Shown here: in pieces, positions 25,930 through 36,965 of the stretch
How positions within the stretch are numbered: position 1 is the first letter of the stretch
How the letters are laid out: every line of letters begins with the position of its first letter
DNA from: Octopus sinensis
Lineage: Eukaryota
Length of the DNA stretch: 64,000 bases
Assembly (NCBI RefSeq): GCF_006345805.1
Contig: NC_043000.1
Location: forward strand, 45,446,001 to 45,510,000
Direction of reading: 5' to 3'
Position numbers and translations under genes: made by a program
The notes under the pieces: model-generated
Database searches by the model: none
What the model was told of the DNA's origin: nothing
What the model saw: the letters and a program-made list of their open reading frames with translations, nothing else

Positions 25930-26084
25930 ATGATTAGTACTTTCACACTGAGGCTATCCACATTGTGGCGCTAAGCAATTAAGGATGCCAAAAGATTTCA
26001 ATGTGGCAGACTGGGAGGATGTTTTTCGGAAGGTTAAGATATGCTGAAGAAGGTAAGAACTTTGTGTCAAACCAGAAACCAGTC

Positions 26085-26258
26085 TACATATATACCTGTT
26101 CCTTTGAATATATAACTCTATGCTATAATGGTATATGAGAGACCTTCTTTTGGTTCTCTTGCCTGTATACTGTTGTATCTGTTATTTTCAATGTAATTTT
26201 TGGTGGTCTAAATGAGGGTTTTAACTCTTATTTCACTTCAATGTATCCTCTGATTAAT
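26085..26258 (-). repeat. Third, inverted partial copy of the foldback inner arm plus spacer
   Basis: Reverse complement of ~25486-25678 with a small deletion. Confidence 0.8.
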
Positions 26259-26269
26259 ATATATATAGT

Positions 26270-26352
26270 TAGCCTAGATGAGATGCAGTTCGGTTTTGTG
26301 CCAAGCAGAAGCACCACCGATGCTTTATTTCTGGTAAGGCAACTGCAGGAGT
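26270..26352 (+). mobile_element. Short RTE RT fragment
   Basis: SLDEMQFGFVPSRSTTDALFLVRQLQE. Confidence 0.8.
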
Positions 26353-26799
26353 TTATTCAGTAGTGTAATGAGTGCTAGCAAGTGGTAACATGGATCAATC
26401 TTGCATATGAATGGAAACCAAATTTTTTGTGTATGCAAGACAGGAAAAATTGCATGACTTACTATATACATTGATAGGTTATGTGAAGCTGGGTTGAAGC
26501 TGATATTAATCAAGTGGATGGCGTGCAGTTGGTGAACACAGAAAATGGGACATTTTGAAGAAAATGATGTTTCTATACCATCAAGTCCACAACTAGTTTG
26601 AAACTGCTGCTTCGCTGCTGTAGTGAGTTCTTTCAGCTAAGACAGATCCCTGCCAGCTTATTCATATGCTTCCAGCTCTGATTGACTGGAATTTTCCACA
26701 GCACAACTGAACTATGACACAGCAACAAAAAAGATCTTCCCTGTCTCGCTACACTAACCTCCCCATCTCCTGAATGCCTGAAGATGTTGCATGACTTTA

Positions 26800-27795
26800 C
26801 TACGGCATATTCTAAGATGAAAGGTTGAGCTTATATGAATAGAAGGCCATGCATGGGTATGTTAGTAGAAAGCTTGAGTTGATAGTAGCATTGATCATCA
26901 AAGCAATCTATCATGGACCAACAGCTGGATTACTGCCTCCCACTTTGAAAGGTATGCATTTGCAGGTCAGGAACAGGAAATATCAACCAAATACTTGATA
27001 CAGAAAAGGGATAGAGATGGAGGAAAAGCAGTAAAATGTGACCCACATCATAAGGAGTTGTCTGAAAACGTCATCATAGTTCTTACCTACTGATGAGACA
27101 TGATGTTGTAACCAGAACACTACATAACAAGATCCATTGAAAGGATAAGCCCAACGACAAAGAAATAAAAACCCACAATATGATGTAAGTCATAAACACT
27201 CATAATAAAAAGGAATACTGGTGGAATGTCCCAATGGAAATCTCAATAAAATGTAAACACAATAGACTTGATATAATGAATTAGGATTAAGAAGAGAAAC
27301 TGTGTACAGTTGTGGAAATCAGCTGCCTAGCGGATGTTAGCATTAAGCTGAAGTGAAATTGAATACTTACACTGAACTATTGAGAAATTTGCAATTACTC
27401 TATCCAGATTACAAGTTTAGGTTTATACCTGTAATTATTGGGACACTGGGATATGTAATACACTGCATAAATACCAATCTTGAGAAATTAAATTTCACAA
27501 AACCAGAAAGGAGAAAGATTATTCTATAACTACAGATCCAATCCATCACTGGAACTGTTAAATTCTGTAAAACTTTCCAAAAGTTTATTATTTAAATATG
27601 CAAGGGCATGTCTAGATATGCAACTATATGCATAAGAAGACATACATAAAACAAAACATACAAATCTGCACACATACATAGAAACAAAAATACCCTGTTG
27701 TTGATGTGGAAATTCTAATGAAGGAGCCTTGGATGTAGGTTAGAAAGTGACTCTTTCTCTATTGGCAAGAAGTCTTGAAATAAAACTGAATAATG
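26800..27795 (+). mobile_element. R4/Dong-like non-LTR retrotransposon 3' fragment (CCHC remnant, RLE domain, 3' UTR)
   Basis: KAMHGYV, EQEISTKYL, MRHDVV, EYWWNV..KCKHNRLDI, VVEISCLADV, YPDYKFRFIPVIIGTLGYV. Confidence 0.75.
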
Positions 27796-28630
27796 ACATA
27801 CATACACACATACAAGCGCATGCACACAAACACACTCACTCTCTCTCACACAAACACACTTGTATGAATTTGTACATATGTATATAAAACAATGATATCG
27901 TCTATACAAAGGAGTTGTTTACATCAGTGTTGGTTAAGAATTTATTGATGTATTCTTTAACAATGAAACAAAACACTGTTAAGACACCACTAATAATAGT
28001 TTCTGAGTTTTGCTTTATTGTTGCTTTTTATTATTGTACCTATTTGTATTATTAGAGTATGCAACACCATGATTAATTCAACTCCAGAGATGAAGTAGAT
28101 ATAATAATATATATTTATTGATAGAACATAGGCATGGCTGTGAAGTTAAGTGATTTGTTTTATAAACACAAGGCTTTTACTTTAGTTTTACTGCAAGGTC
28201 AACCAATGCCTTGTGATAGTATTTAGTTGATGGGAACTGTACAAAAGCCTTAAGTGTACATCTGTGTGTATGAGTGTGTGTGCTTGTATCTTTGTGTAAA
28301 TACTTCACAATCAGTGTGTGGTTGTTTATGTTCCTGTGTTATGGGACCTTAGTAAAGTGACTCCTAGACTCAATAAAAGATACTTTTACAATAAACGATG
28401 GGATTGATCAGTTCAAATAAATCCTTCAGAGCAGTCCTCCAACATGTCCTTAAACCAATAACTTAATGAAGAAGATGAAAAAGAAATAAAAGAATAATAT
28501 AACAGTTATATATATATATGTATATATATATATATAACAGATTGTATATATTCGCATCCATAGACAGAATATACCCTAATACACATGTACATCGACACAC
28601 AGATGTATACATATATACAAATATATATAT

Positions 28631-29003
28631 ACTTGTTTCAGTCATTTGACTGCAGTTATGCTAGAGCACCACTTTTAGTCAAAGAAATCGACCCCAAGAC
28701 ATATTCTTTGTATGCGTAGTACTTATTCTATCTGTCTCTTTTACTGGAGCACTAAGTTATGGGGATGTAAACACACCAACATCGGCTGCCAAGTGATGGT
28801 GGGGGACAAACACAGACACATATACACATAAACACATATATTATACGATGGGCTTCTTTCAGTTTCCATCTACCAAACCAACTCACAAGGCTTTGGTTAG
28901 CCCAAGGCTATAGTAGGAGTCACTTAGGTAGCATGCAGTGGATTGAACCTGGAACCATGTGGTTTGGAAGCAAGCTTCGTACCACACAGCCACACCTGCA
29001 CCT
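28631..29003 (-). mobile_element. Major SINE family, full-length (copy 1 of the duplication)
   Basis: Reverse complement collinear with 63633-64000. Confidence 0.9.
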
Positions 29004-29257
29004 ATAAGTGGACAAATGAAATGGTACACAACACATTTACTGGGACTTACATTTATGGATCAAAACTGATTGATTCGAATTACTTAATACTCTGAGTTTT
29101 GAGGAATTTGAATCAAACTGCTTTGATTCATATATATATATATATATTATATATATATATATAACAGATTGTATATATTCGCATCCATAGACAGAATATA
29201 CCCTAATACACATGTACATCGACACACAGATGTATACATATATACAAATATATATAT

Positions 29258-29636
29258 ACTTGTTTCAGTCATTTGACTGCAGTTATGCTAGAGCACCACT
29301 TTCTATCTGTCTCAAAGAAATCGACCCCAAGACATATTCTTTGTATGCGTAGTACTTATTCTATCTGTCTCTTTTACTGGAGCACTAAGTTATGGGGATG
29401 TAAACACACCAACATCGGCTGCCAAGTGATGGTGGGGGACAAACACAGACACATATACACATAAACACATATATTATACGATGGGCTTCTTTCAGTTTCC
29501 ATCTACCAAACCAACTCACAAGGCTTTGGTTAGCCCAAGGCTATAGTAGGAGTCACTTAGGTAGCATGCAGTGGATTGAACCTGGAACCATGTGGTTTGG
29601 AAGCAAGCTTCGTACCACACAGCCACACCTGCACCT
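29258..29636 (-). mobile_element. Major SINE family, full-length (copy 2 of the duplication)
   Basis: Duplicate of 28631-29003. Confidence 0.9.
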
Positions 29637-29759
29637 ATAAGTGGACAAATGAAATGGTACACAACACATTTACTGGGACTTACATTTATGGATCAAAACT
29701 GATTGATTCAAATTACTTAATACTCTGAGTTTTGAGGAATTTGAATCAAACTGCTTTGA

Positions 29760-29799
<40 letters not shown>

Positions 29800-29802
<3 letters not shown>

Positions 29803-30135
29803 CATCATCATCATCGTTTAATGTCCGCTTTCCATGCTAGCATGGGTTGGACGATTTGACTGAGGTCTGGCAAACCAGACTCCAATCTGATCTGGCAGAG
29901 TTTCTACAGCTGAATGCCCTTCCTAACGCCAACCACTCTGAGAGTGTAGTGGGTGTTTTTACGTGCCACTGGCACGAGGGCCAGTTTGGTAGTACTGGCA
30001 ACGGCCACGCTCAAATGGTGCTTTTTATGTGCCAATTGCACAGGAGCCAGTCCAGCGACACTGGCAACGACCTCGCTCAAATGTTTTTTTCACGTGCCAC
30101 CAGCACAAGTGCTAGTAAGGCGACACATGTAACGA
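29800..30135 (-). mobile_element. RTE 3'-tail fragment starting at (CAT)n
   Basis: Reverse complement of the 22100-22357-type tail. Confidence 0.8.
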
Positions 30136-30169
30136 TCACACACGTCATATATATATATATATATATATA

Positions 30170-30375
30170 TGAAAAATGTGACCTCATGTGTACCGTTGGC
30201 GATTTTTTTCCTCTGTCTTCCCTTTTCTGGATCTTTCCTTCTCCTATGTTTCCGACGAAGAGCTCTGCTCAAAACGTTAAACTTCTTTCCTTCTTTCCTG
30301 AGCGTCCAATAATACTATATTTGTTCCATGTCTTCGCGTTGTTGTGTCTTTTTGTGTTTTCTTGTTTGGATTAAC
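30170..30375 (+). mobile_element. PLE-terminal-repeat-like module with a degenerate hammerhead motif (30248-30282)
   Basis: GTTT-CCGACGA-A-GAGC-TCT-GCTC-AAAA-CGT-T-AAAC; shares TTCCTGAGCG..TAATAC with 36870-36890. Confidence 0.5.
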
Positions 30376-30377
30376 TT

Positions 30378-30419
<42 letters not shown>

Positions 30420-30610
30420 TGTGTGTTTGTGTGTCTATGTTTGTCCCCCCAACATCGCTTGACAACCGATGCTGGTGTGTTTACATCCCTGCAACTTTGC
30501 GGTTTGGCAATAGAGACTGATAGAACAAGTACTGGGCTTACAAAGGAGCAAGTCCTGGCGCTCCAGTCAAATGACTGAAACAAATAAAAGAATAAAAGAA
30601 TAAAAGAATC
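30420..30610 (+). mobile_element. Major SINE family, 3' part with an internal deletion
   Basis: Matches 63830-64000 and has an AATAAAAG tail. Confidence 0.85.
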
Positions 30611-33511
30611 ATATCATTGAAATCTCAAAGTTATGAGATAATCCATATACATATACATATCAACATCGTTGTCATCATCGTCCTGGTTTTTACAGTCACT
30701 TTCCGATGCTGGCATGAGTTGGACAGAATTTGCTGATGTGCATTTTCTATGGCCAGGTGCACTTCATGTTGCCAGTCTTCAGCTGTTTTTAAGTAAGGTA
30801 ATATTTCCCAATGACTGATATTTTTCCACACACATATGCACATAAAGCTTTGTTTACATTTTATGTCAACCCACCTAAAACTGTCTCTGGTTCTGGATAC
30901 AAAGTACTGTTACATCACTTGCAAAATATCAACTCACTAAGCCTATTTTACTAAATCCTTTGATGTGCTTAATTATTTTGAGAATAAATATAAACACATA
31001 AGCTGTGTACCTCACCAGGAATATGGTTATAAAATATTTAAAGGGATAGTTGGAATTTGATAGGAAATTAAATTTCTAAATCTCAGTGTGGGATTTTCAT
31101 ATGAAAGCTACATCTGTTTCATAACATTGATTTTTAATATCTTTATATAAAGTTTTAGCATCGCATTTTTTTCTTGATAATATTATAAAATAACCTGATT
31201 AAATGTCTAAATGTCTGAGATATTAAAACATTTTTCTCTTTTAGTTGATAGTTCAAAAAATTATAATCTTATAACCTGTTTATGCATGAGCGATTGTTAG
31301 TAAATCAAGTGTAAATCTGTGTGTTTTTTTGTCTTTATAAGACTTTAGACATATTTGAATGCTTATAGTATTGTGGATCCTACAGAGAATTAAAAAAAAA
31401 ATTATCCAAAGTTTACTGATGTTGAAACAAATTTTATTTTGTCACTTCTATACACAAGTTGAATACAAATGATATCTTATATTTTTGGTCTCAGGCCCAT
31501 GTGGGACATGGAGCTGCAAAACATTTTATAAACCTTAACACAAAATTGTTTTTCTTATTGCTAAAATTATATTTTATCTTTGGGTTACCAACAGGTCAAA
31601 GTTTGACATATACTTTACAGTATCACCTTTATATGTTGAAGTAACTGTCATATCATCAATGGAAATTTATTTCATCATATATTTATTAAAAAAAAAACTT
31701 GTTTATGATGTAGTTTATTCAATCAGACGTGTATCCTGCTAAATTTGATCTTGCTCAAATTAATAAACTATCTGTGAAGTTCAAAATATATTGATTTATT
31801 GATCACTGGAGCTCTTCATTCATTTGTGTGTTTATTTTATGTCCACTTTTTATACTGGTGTAGGTTGGATGGGTACATATCTGAGGTTGTATTTGTACAG
31901 CCAGACACTCTTTACGTAAGTCTTAGTACACTCTAATTACTTTTGGTTAAAGCTTCACAATGCTGATACACTCTCAAATAAGTATTCCTTATCATACTCA
32001 GTCATGTACTATCAAGTATTGAAGAAGATGTCTGCTGGAAAAAATGCTTTCAATGAATCCTATAATTTTGTCCAGTTTTTTTTCTCATCAAAGCTACAAC
32101 CATCTAAAACTTATTCCTTATTAATATTTTGTTTTTGCTTCAGACAGCAACAATTTTTTTTATAAATTATTTAAATATTTATTAACTGAAAACTTTTTAA
32201 AATCTATACATAAAACGACATAAGAAATATTTACGTTAGAACTAAATATTAATTAGGCGTAAACTCTGTTTCTTTTTTCTCAGTTTTGCCAAGTTATGTA
32301 ACTTTCAATATCTATTCTAATCTGTAATAGTTTTGACAAGTATATTTTGGCACGTTTTGTAAGTTCTATAAGAAATTGGTACCAGAAATGGAGAGTAAAT
32401 TATCACAGCATGTTATCTGGAAAATAAAATTGATGAAAAAATAGCAAATAACACAGGAATATTTAATGTTTGAAATTTTGCGGTCAATCTATGTATATGA
32501 GTGCTTGCAAATAAAAAGAAGACAAAGAAAAACAGAAAACTATAATAATTGAGAAGTAACTTTGTGTGTGACTTGGCTGTAAATTTGTAACATAATATAA
32601 TATAATAGAATGGTAATCATGGATGGAATGGATAAATTATTCATGGTATTCAATGCTTCTATATAATTTACCGACATAAATAAAGATGATTTATAACGAG
32701 ATGGGGTTTTCATTGAACATGTAGCATATTTTTAAAAATGGAAATATCCACTTTACTGAAAGGCAACTACTTAAAATCAGACAGTATTTTCACATTTTCT
32801 CTTTTTTCTTTTCTGTCTATTTGCTCTATTATACCAGATCCTCAAAATAATATATACTTCTGATGCTTGTATCAAGATAATATCTAAATACAAAGTACAT
32901 TCTAAAACCAGTTTGCAATTTATTGGGAATTGTATGCATCAAAAACAGAATAGCTTCATACTCATTGACAATAATATAACTATTTTTATTTTCTTGTTCT
33001 TGTTGTTGCTTTTTTTGCTGCTGCTGCTGCTGCTGCTGCTGTAGGTGTTGTTGTTGTTGTTAGCTATTGTATTAGTTTGGGCTCTGAATAGATTGAGACC
33101 TAGTAGTAATGTAACTTGCCCTGGAGCATTTTAAAAATATAATATAGGATATTTGTAACAATGACATAAATTTACACTGTGTTTTTAGTCATTATGAGTG
33201 AATATTCAAGTATTCAATATAATCTTAGGAGAAAAAAAAAATGTTCGTCACTGTAGGATCTTTATGAAAAATATGACTTGAATTGACAATTCTTGAATGT
33301 CCTTCATTGCTAAAAAATAAAGTGATAAGAGTATTGTTAAGGAAATGCAATATACGAAAAAAATAATAAAACGTAAATTGTTACAAAAAATACATTGAAA
33401 ACTTGTGTTAATTCATGTGCAGATTTAATATGTGTATACCGCCTGAAAGCCTATGTTAAAAATTATAATGTAATGTAGGTTTTATTTTAGCTAGATAAAG
33501 TGATAGACATT

Positions 33512-33543
<32 letters not shown>

Positions 33544-33703
33544 AAGATAAATAGATAGATAGATAGATATACAGACAGACAAGCAGGCAGACAGAAATCA
33601 CCAATAGAGACATTAAGATTATCATTCAAATACATTTTATGAGCATGCATATAATGTTTTAGGCAATTGATCTATTGATTTTAATTTATATACATATACA
33701 TAC

Positions 33704-33744
<41 letters not shown>

Positions 33745-33991
33745 CAACAATATAAGGAATGGCCCTGATAGGCCATTCAACTCACTAGAAAGAGCAGCCA
33801 AACTCAAACCGCTAAATAGTTGTAATTCTGAAATTGAAAGAGAAATAAAAACATTTACCCTTTCAGAGATGTAAAGGGTAAATGTTTTTATTTCTCTTTC
33901 AATTTTAGAATTACAACTATTTAGCGGTTTGAGTTTGGCTGCTCTTGCTAGTGAGTTGAATAGCCTATCAAGGCCATTCCTTATATTGTTG
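33745..33991. repeat. Near-perfect 119-bp-arm hairpin with a 9-nt loop
   Basis: 33745-33863 vs 33873-33991: 4 mismatches counted by eye. Confidence 0.92.
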
Positions 33992-34086
33992 AATGTATAT
34001 TATATAGTCTTTGACTATCTTTTCTTTCTCACTAGACCGCTGGTAGCGGAGAATTTTTTCTAGAATTTTTTTGCTACCCTTAAATT

Positions 34087-34123
<37 letters not shown>

Positions 34124-34294
34124 ATCCGATAATGGTTTAGCAAGCTGAAACTTCGAAGTCACTGTCAATACTATTCTTCTTGATATTATAAATTGAACCT
34201 AAAAACATTCATACACACATACATATAACGTGACAAAATGATTTTCAGCTAGTAAAATAGTTATTATCAGCACCTGTCATTTATTTAATTTATC

Positions 34295-34678
34295 TTTCAT
34301 CTTTTTTCTTTTACTTGTTTCAGTCATAACACTGCAGCCATACTGGAGCACTACCTAAAAAGATTTTTAGTCAAATTAATCGACCCAGCACTTAAATATT
34401 TTGCTAAGCTAGGTACTTATTCTATCAGACTCCTTTGCCGAACCACTAATTTACAGGGATGTAAACTCACCAACACTGGTTCTCAAGTGGTAGTGGGGGA
34501 CAAACACAGAAACAAAGACACACACACACGTGCACGAAGGATTTCCTTCAGTTTCTGTCTACCAAATCCACTCTCAAGGCTTTGGTCAACCCAAGACTAT
34601 AGCAGAAGACACTTGCCCAAAGTGTCACACACTGAGATTGTACCTGAAATCATGTGGTTCGGACACAGCCACACCTGC
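34295..34678 (-). mobile_element. Major SINE family, near full-length, diverged
   Basis: Reverse complement collinear with 63633-64000. Confidence 0.88.
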
Positions 34679-34710
34679 AGTTAAGTAAATTTAATATTTA
34701 TTTAATTTAG

Positions 34711-34786
34711 AATGTCACTACACTTGGTTCACAGAAAATGGTTATCCAGACTCGGTTTGGAATCAAAGGTTCGAGAAAATTAATTG
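34711..34786 (+). CDS. Candidate 76-nt exon on the plus strand
   Basis: Acceptor TTTATTTAATTTAG, donor TG|GTAAGT; two open frames (CHYTWFTENGYPDSVWNQRFEKIN or NVTTLGSQKMVIQTRFGIKGSRKLI). Confidence 0.33.
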
Positions 34787-34900
34787 GTAAGTGTATATGG
34801 AATTAGGCATTTCCATATGTTCCCACCGTCACCTTGCTTTCTGGTGTTTTGCTTACGTTCCTACTATATTGTCGACTATTTTCTGCCTTCTCTATAATTA

Positions 34901-35117
34901 CATGGTGGTGCTGAAAAGCTCCTGGCTTTGGGTAAAACAAAATACACCAGAATCAGTAAATTATAATTTTATTCAACATATTCCTCTCTCAGATTCACAC
35001 AGTTATTGCAGCTGTCTTTCAGTTTGTCTAAGCCCTGTTGAAGAACTCAGAAGGCTGAGTCTCTAGCCAAGCCTTTTGTGATACTCTTAAAGCCAGGAAC
35101 CTTCCAGCAACCCCTGA
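34901..35117. mobile_element. Mariner-derived MITE
   Basis: TIRs GTGCTGAAAAGCTCCTGGCTTT / AAAGCCAGGAACCTTCCAGCA with TA flanks; second copy at 56024-56242. Confidence 0.85.
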
Positions 35118-36019
35118 TATATCATTGTAACTGTCAATTCATAGTTGTTTGTGGATGTTTGAGAAGAGAATAGATAATTTCTTGTCCAACTTCATAATCC
35201 TTCTCTTTCAGTAATTACACATCCTTGGTTTTCACCCAAATACACCAACCCTTGTGTTTAGTAATCCTTCTATCTACTAAATCTATCTCTCATCTTCAGT
35301 TTTTGCACTCAGTTTCTCACTTGTAGAAGGTCATAGCAACGATATGCTATATTCCAGTATTCTCATATTAAATAACATTCTTCAGAACTTTAAACTGTCT
35401 TGTTTTTACCAATTCATATCATGGATTGATAAATGTTTAACAGGTAACCTATGCATATAGCTATGACATACTGAAAAAGCAAGCAAAATGAAAGATAATT
35501 ACAAAATGTAAAATTAAAATTCTTTAATATATAGCTGGCATCAGAAAGAAATTACAGTTGTGAAGCAGTGTAGAAACAACAGTAATAAACAAATAAAATA
35601 ATATTGTTTTCTTGATCAAATGATCAGTATTTGTTGATCAAGTGATTTAGCCATTTTACACAGTGTAAAATCAATTCAAATGTAATCCCATTTTCTTGTT
35701 CCATCCCTCCACTTTCCTTTCTCATCCAGCTTAACCTGAATCACATGCATACTTCATAAATACACACTGAAGGAGTCCTATGGCATTGCCTTACTTGCTA
35801 AAAATAGAAGCCCTCAATTTCAATTTGTAAAATGGTTTGACTAGAGGAGGAATGTGCGGTGATCATGATCACTTTTGAGGCTTTTTGAGATTGATGTGAC
35901 AAAATTATCTCCAGACCAGTGACCTTGACTTTGCTTGCAAAAAAGTGCATGCCATTAATGATATCCAAGGGGCAAGTGGTGATGGTCATCCAGTTTAACA
36001 TTTCTGCCTGTTCTACCAA

Positions 36020-36232
36020 TATCTGTTTCTTTATTACCCACAAGGGGCTAAACATAGAGGGGACAAACAAGGACAGACAAACAGATTAAGTTGATTAGAT
36101 CGACCCCAGTGCGTAACTGGTACTTAATTTATCGACCCCGAAAGGATGAAAGGCAAACTCAGAACATAATGGCAGACGAAATACGGCTACACATTTCACC
36201 CAGCGTGCTAACGGTTCTGCCAGCTCACTGCC
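36020..36232 (-). mobile_element. SINE with Deu/Nin-like core
   Basis: Minus strand reads TTTCATCCTTTCGGGGTCGATAAATTAAGTACCAGTTACGCACTGGGGTCGAT; the head is partly deleted. Confidence 0.8.
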
Positions 36233-36639
36233 TTTCTACCAATATCCTTAATTAACTACCACCCATGTAGGCCATAGCAGGATTAAGTGAACCACCTTTA
36301 AAGTATATCATTATAAAGGAAGGACACGTTTGATAATGTATTCCTGGATATGTGAAAAATCAGTCTGGTCATGGAATACTGTGGATATACACTAGCAAAA
36401 TTAAACTTACATATATAATTCATTGCACACATTATGGGGTCACTTTCTAATGTGTATATGTTATTGGCTAATCCAAATAAGTCCTGAGCAGATTTATAAG
36501 GAATGACAGTACATATAGCACATTCAGTTTTATAGGGCTTTCAAGACTGGTTGATGGAAGTTATTATATTTCGCTGTTCCTGAAAAGAAGAAATACAAAT
36601 TTGAACTCAGTGAGATTTTAACTCAGACCACAAAGCTGA

Positions 36640-36965
36640 AACAAATGCAAGGCATTTTCTCCTGGGCTCAAATAAGCTATGCTATTAAGCATCGCTCTTG
36701 CGTCTCACATTTGATCTTTGACTTCTGGCCGAAATCAGATCGCCATGTTGATTCGCTAGCCTCTGCATGCATTTTTTTTCTCTCCTTCTTTCTGTGTTTT
36801 TTTTCTCTGTGTATCTTTCTGTTGAAGAGCGTAGGCTTGAAACGTTAAAGACTTGTTTTATTTATATTTCCTGAGCGCCATACTAATACAATTGTTTGTT
36901 TGTATTCCACCTGCCTTCGTCTTTTGTTTATTTCCATAAACCTGCCTTCGTCTTTTGTCTATTTT
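36640..36965 (+). mobile_element. PLE 3'-end-like module with a hammerhead-like motif (36814-36851)
   Basis: TCTTT-CTGTTGA-A-GAGC-GTAG-GCTT-GAAA-CGT-T-AAAGA; 31-bp tandem duplication near 36905-36965; an inverted partial copy lies at ~4750-4825. Confidence 0.5.

Larger units (their letters stand above)
28535..29763. repeat. Near-identical tandem duplication (~600-bp units 28535-29130 and 29162-29763) bounded by TA tracts
   Basis: Units match base for base apart from one small indel and about one substitution. Confidence 0.95.

Noticed and set aside
27090-27115. CTGATGAG as a hammerhead core
   Set aside because: It is coding sequence (L-M-R-H-D) of the R4-like element and has no matching GAAA or stems.
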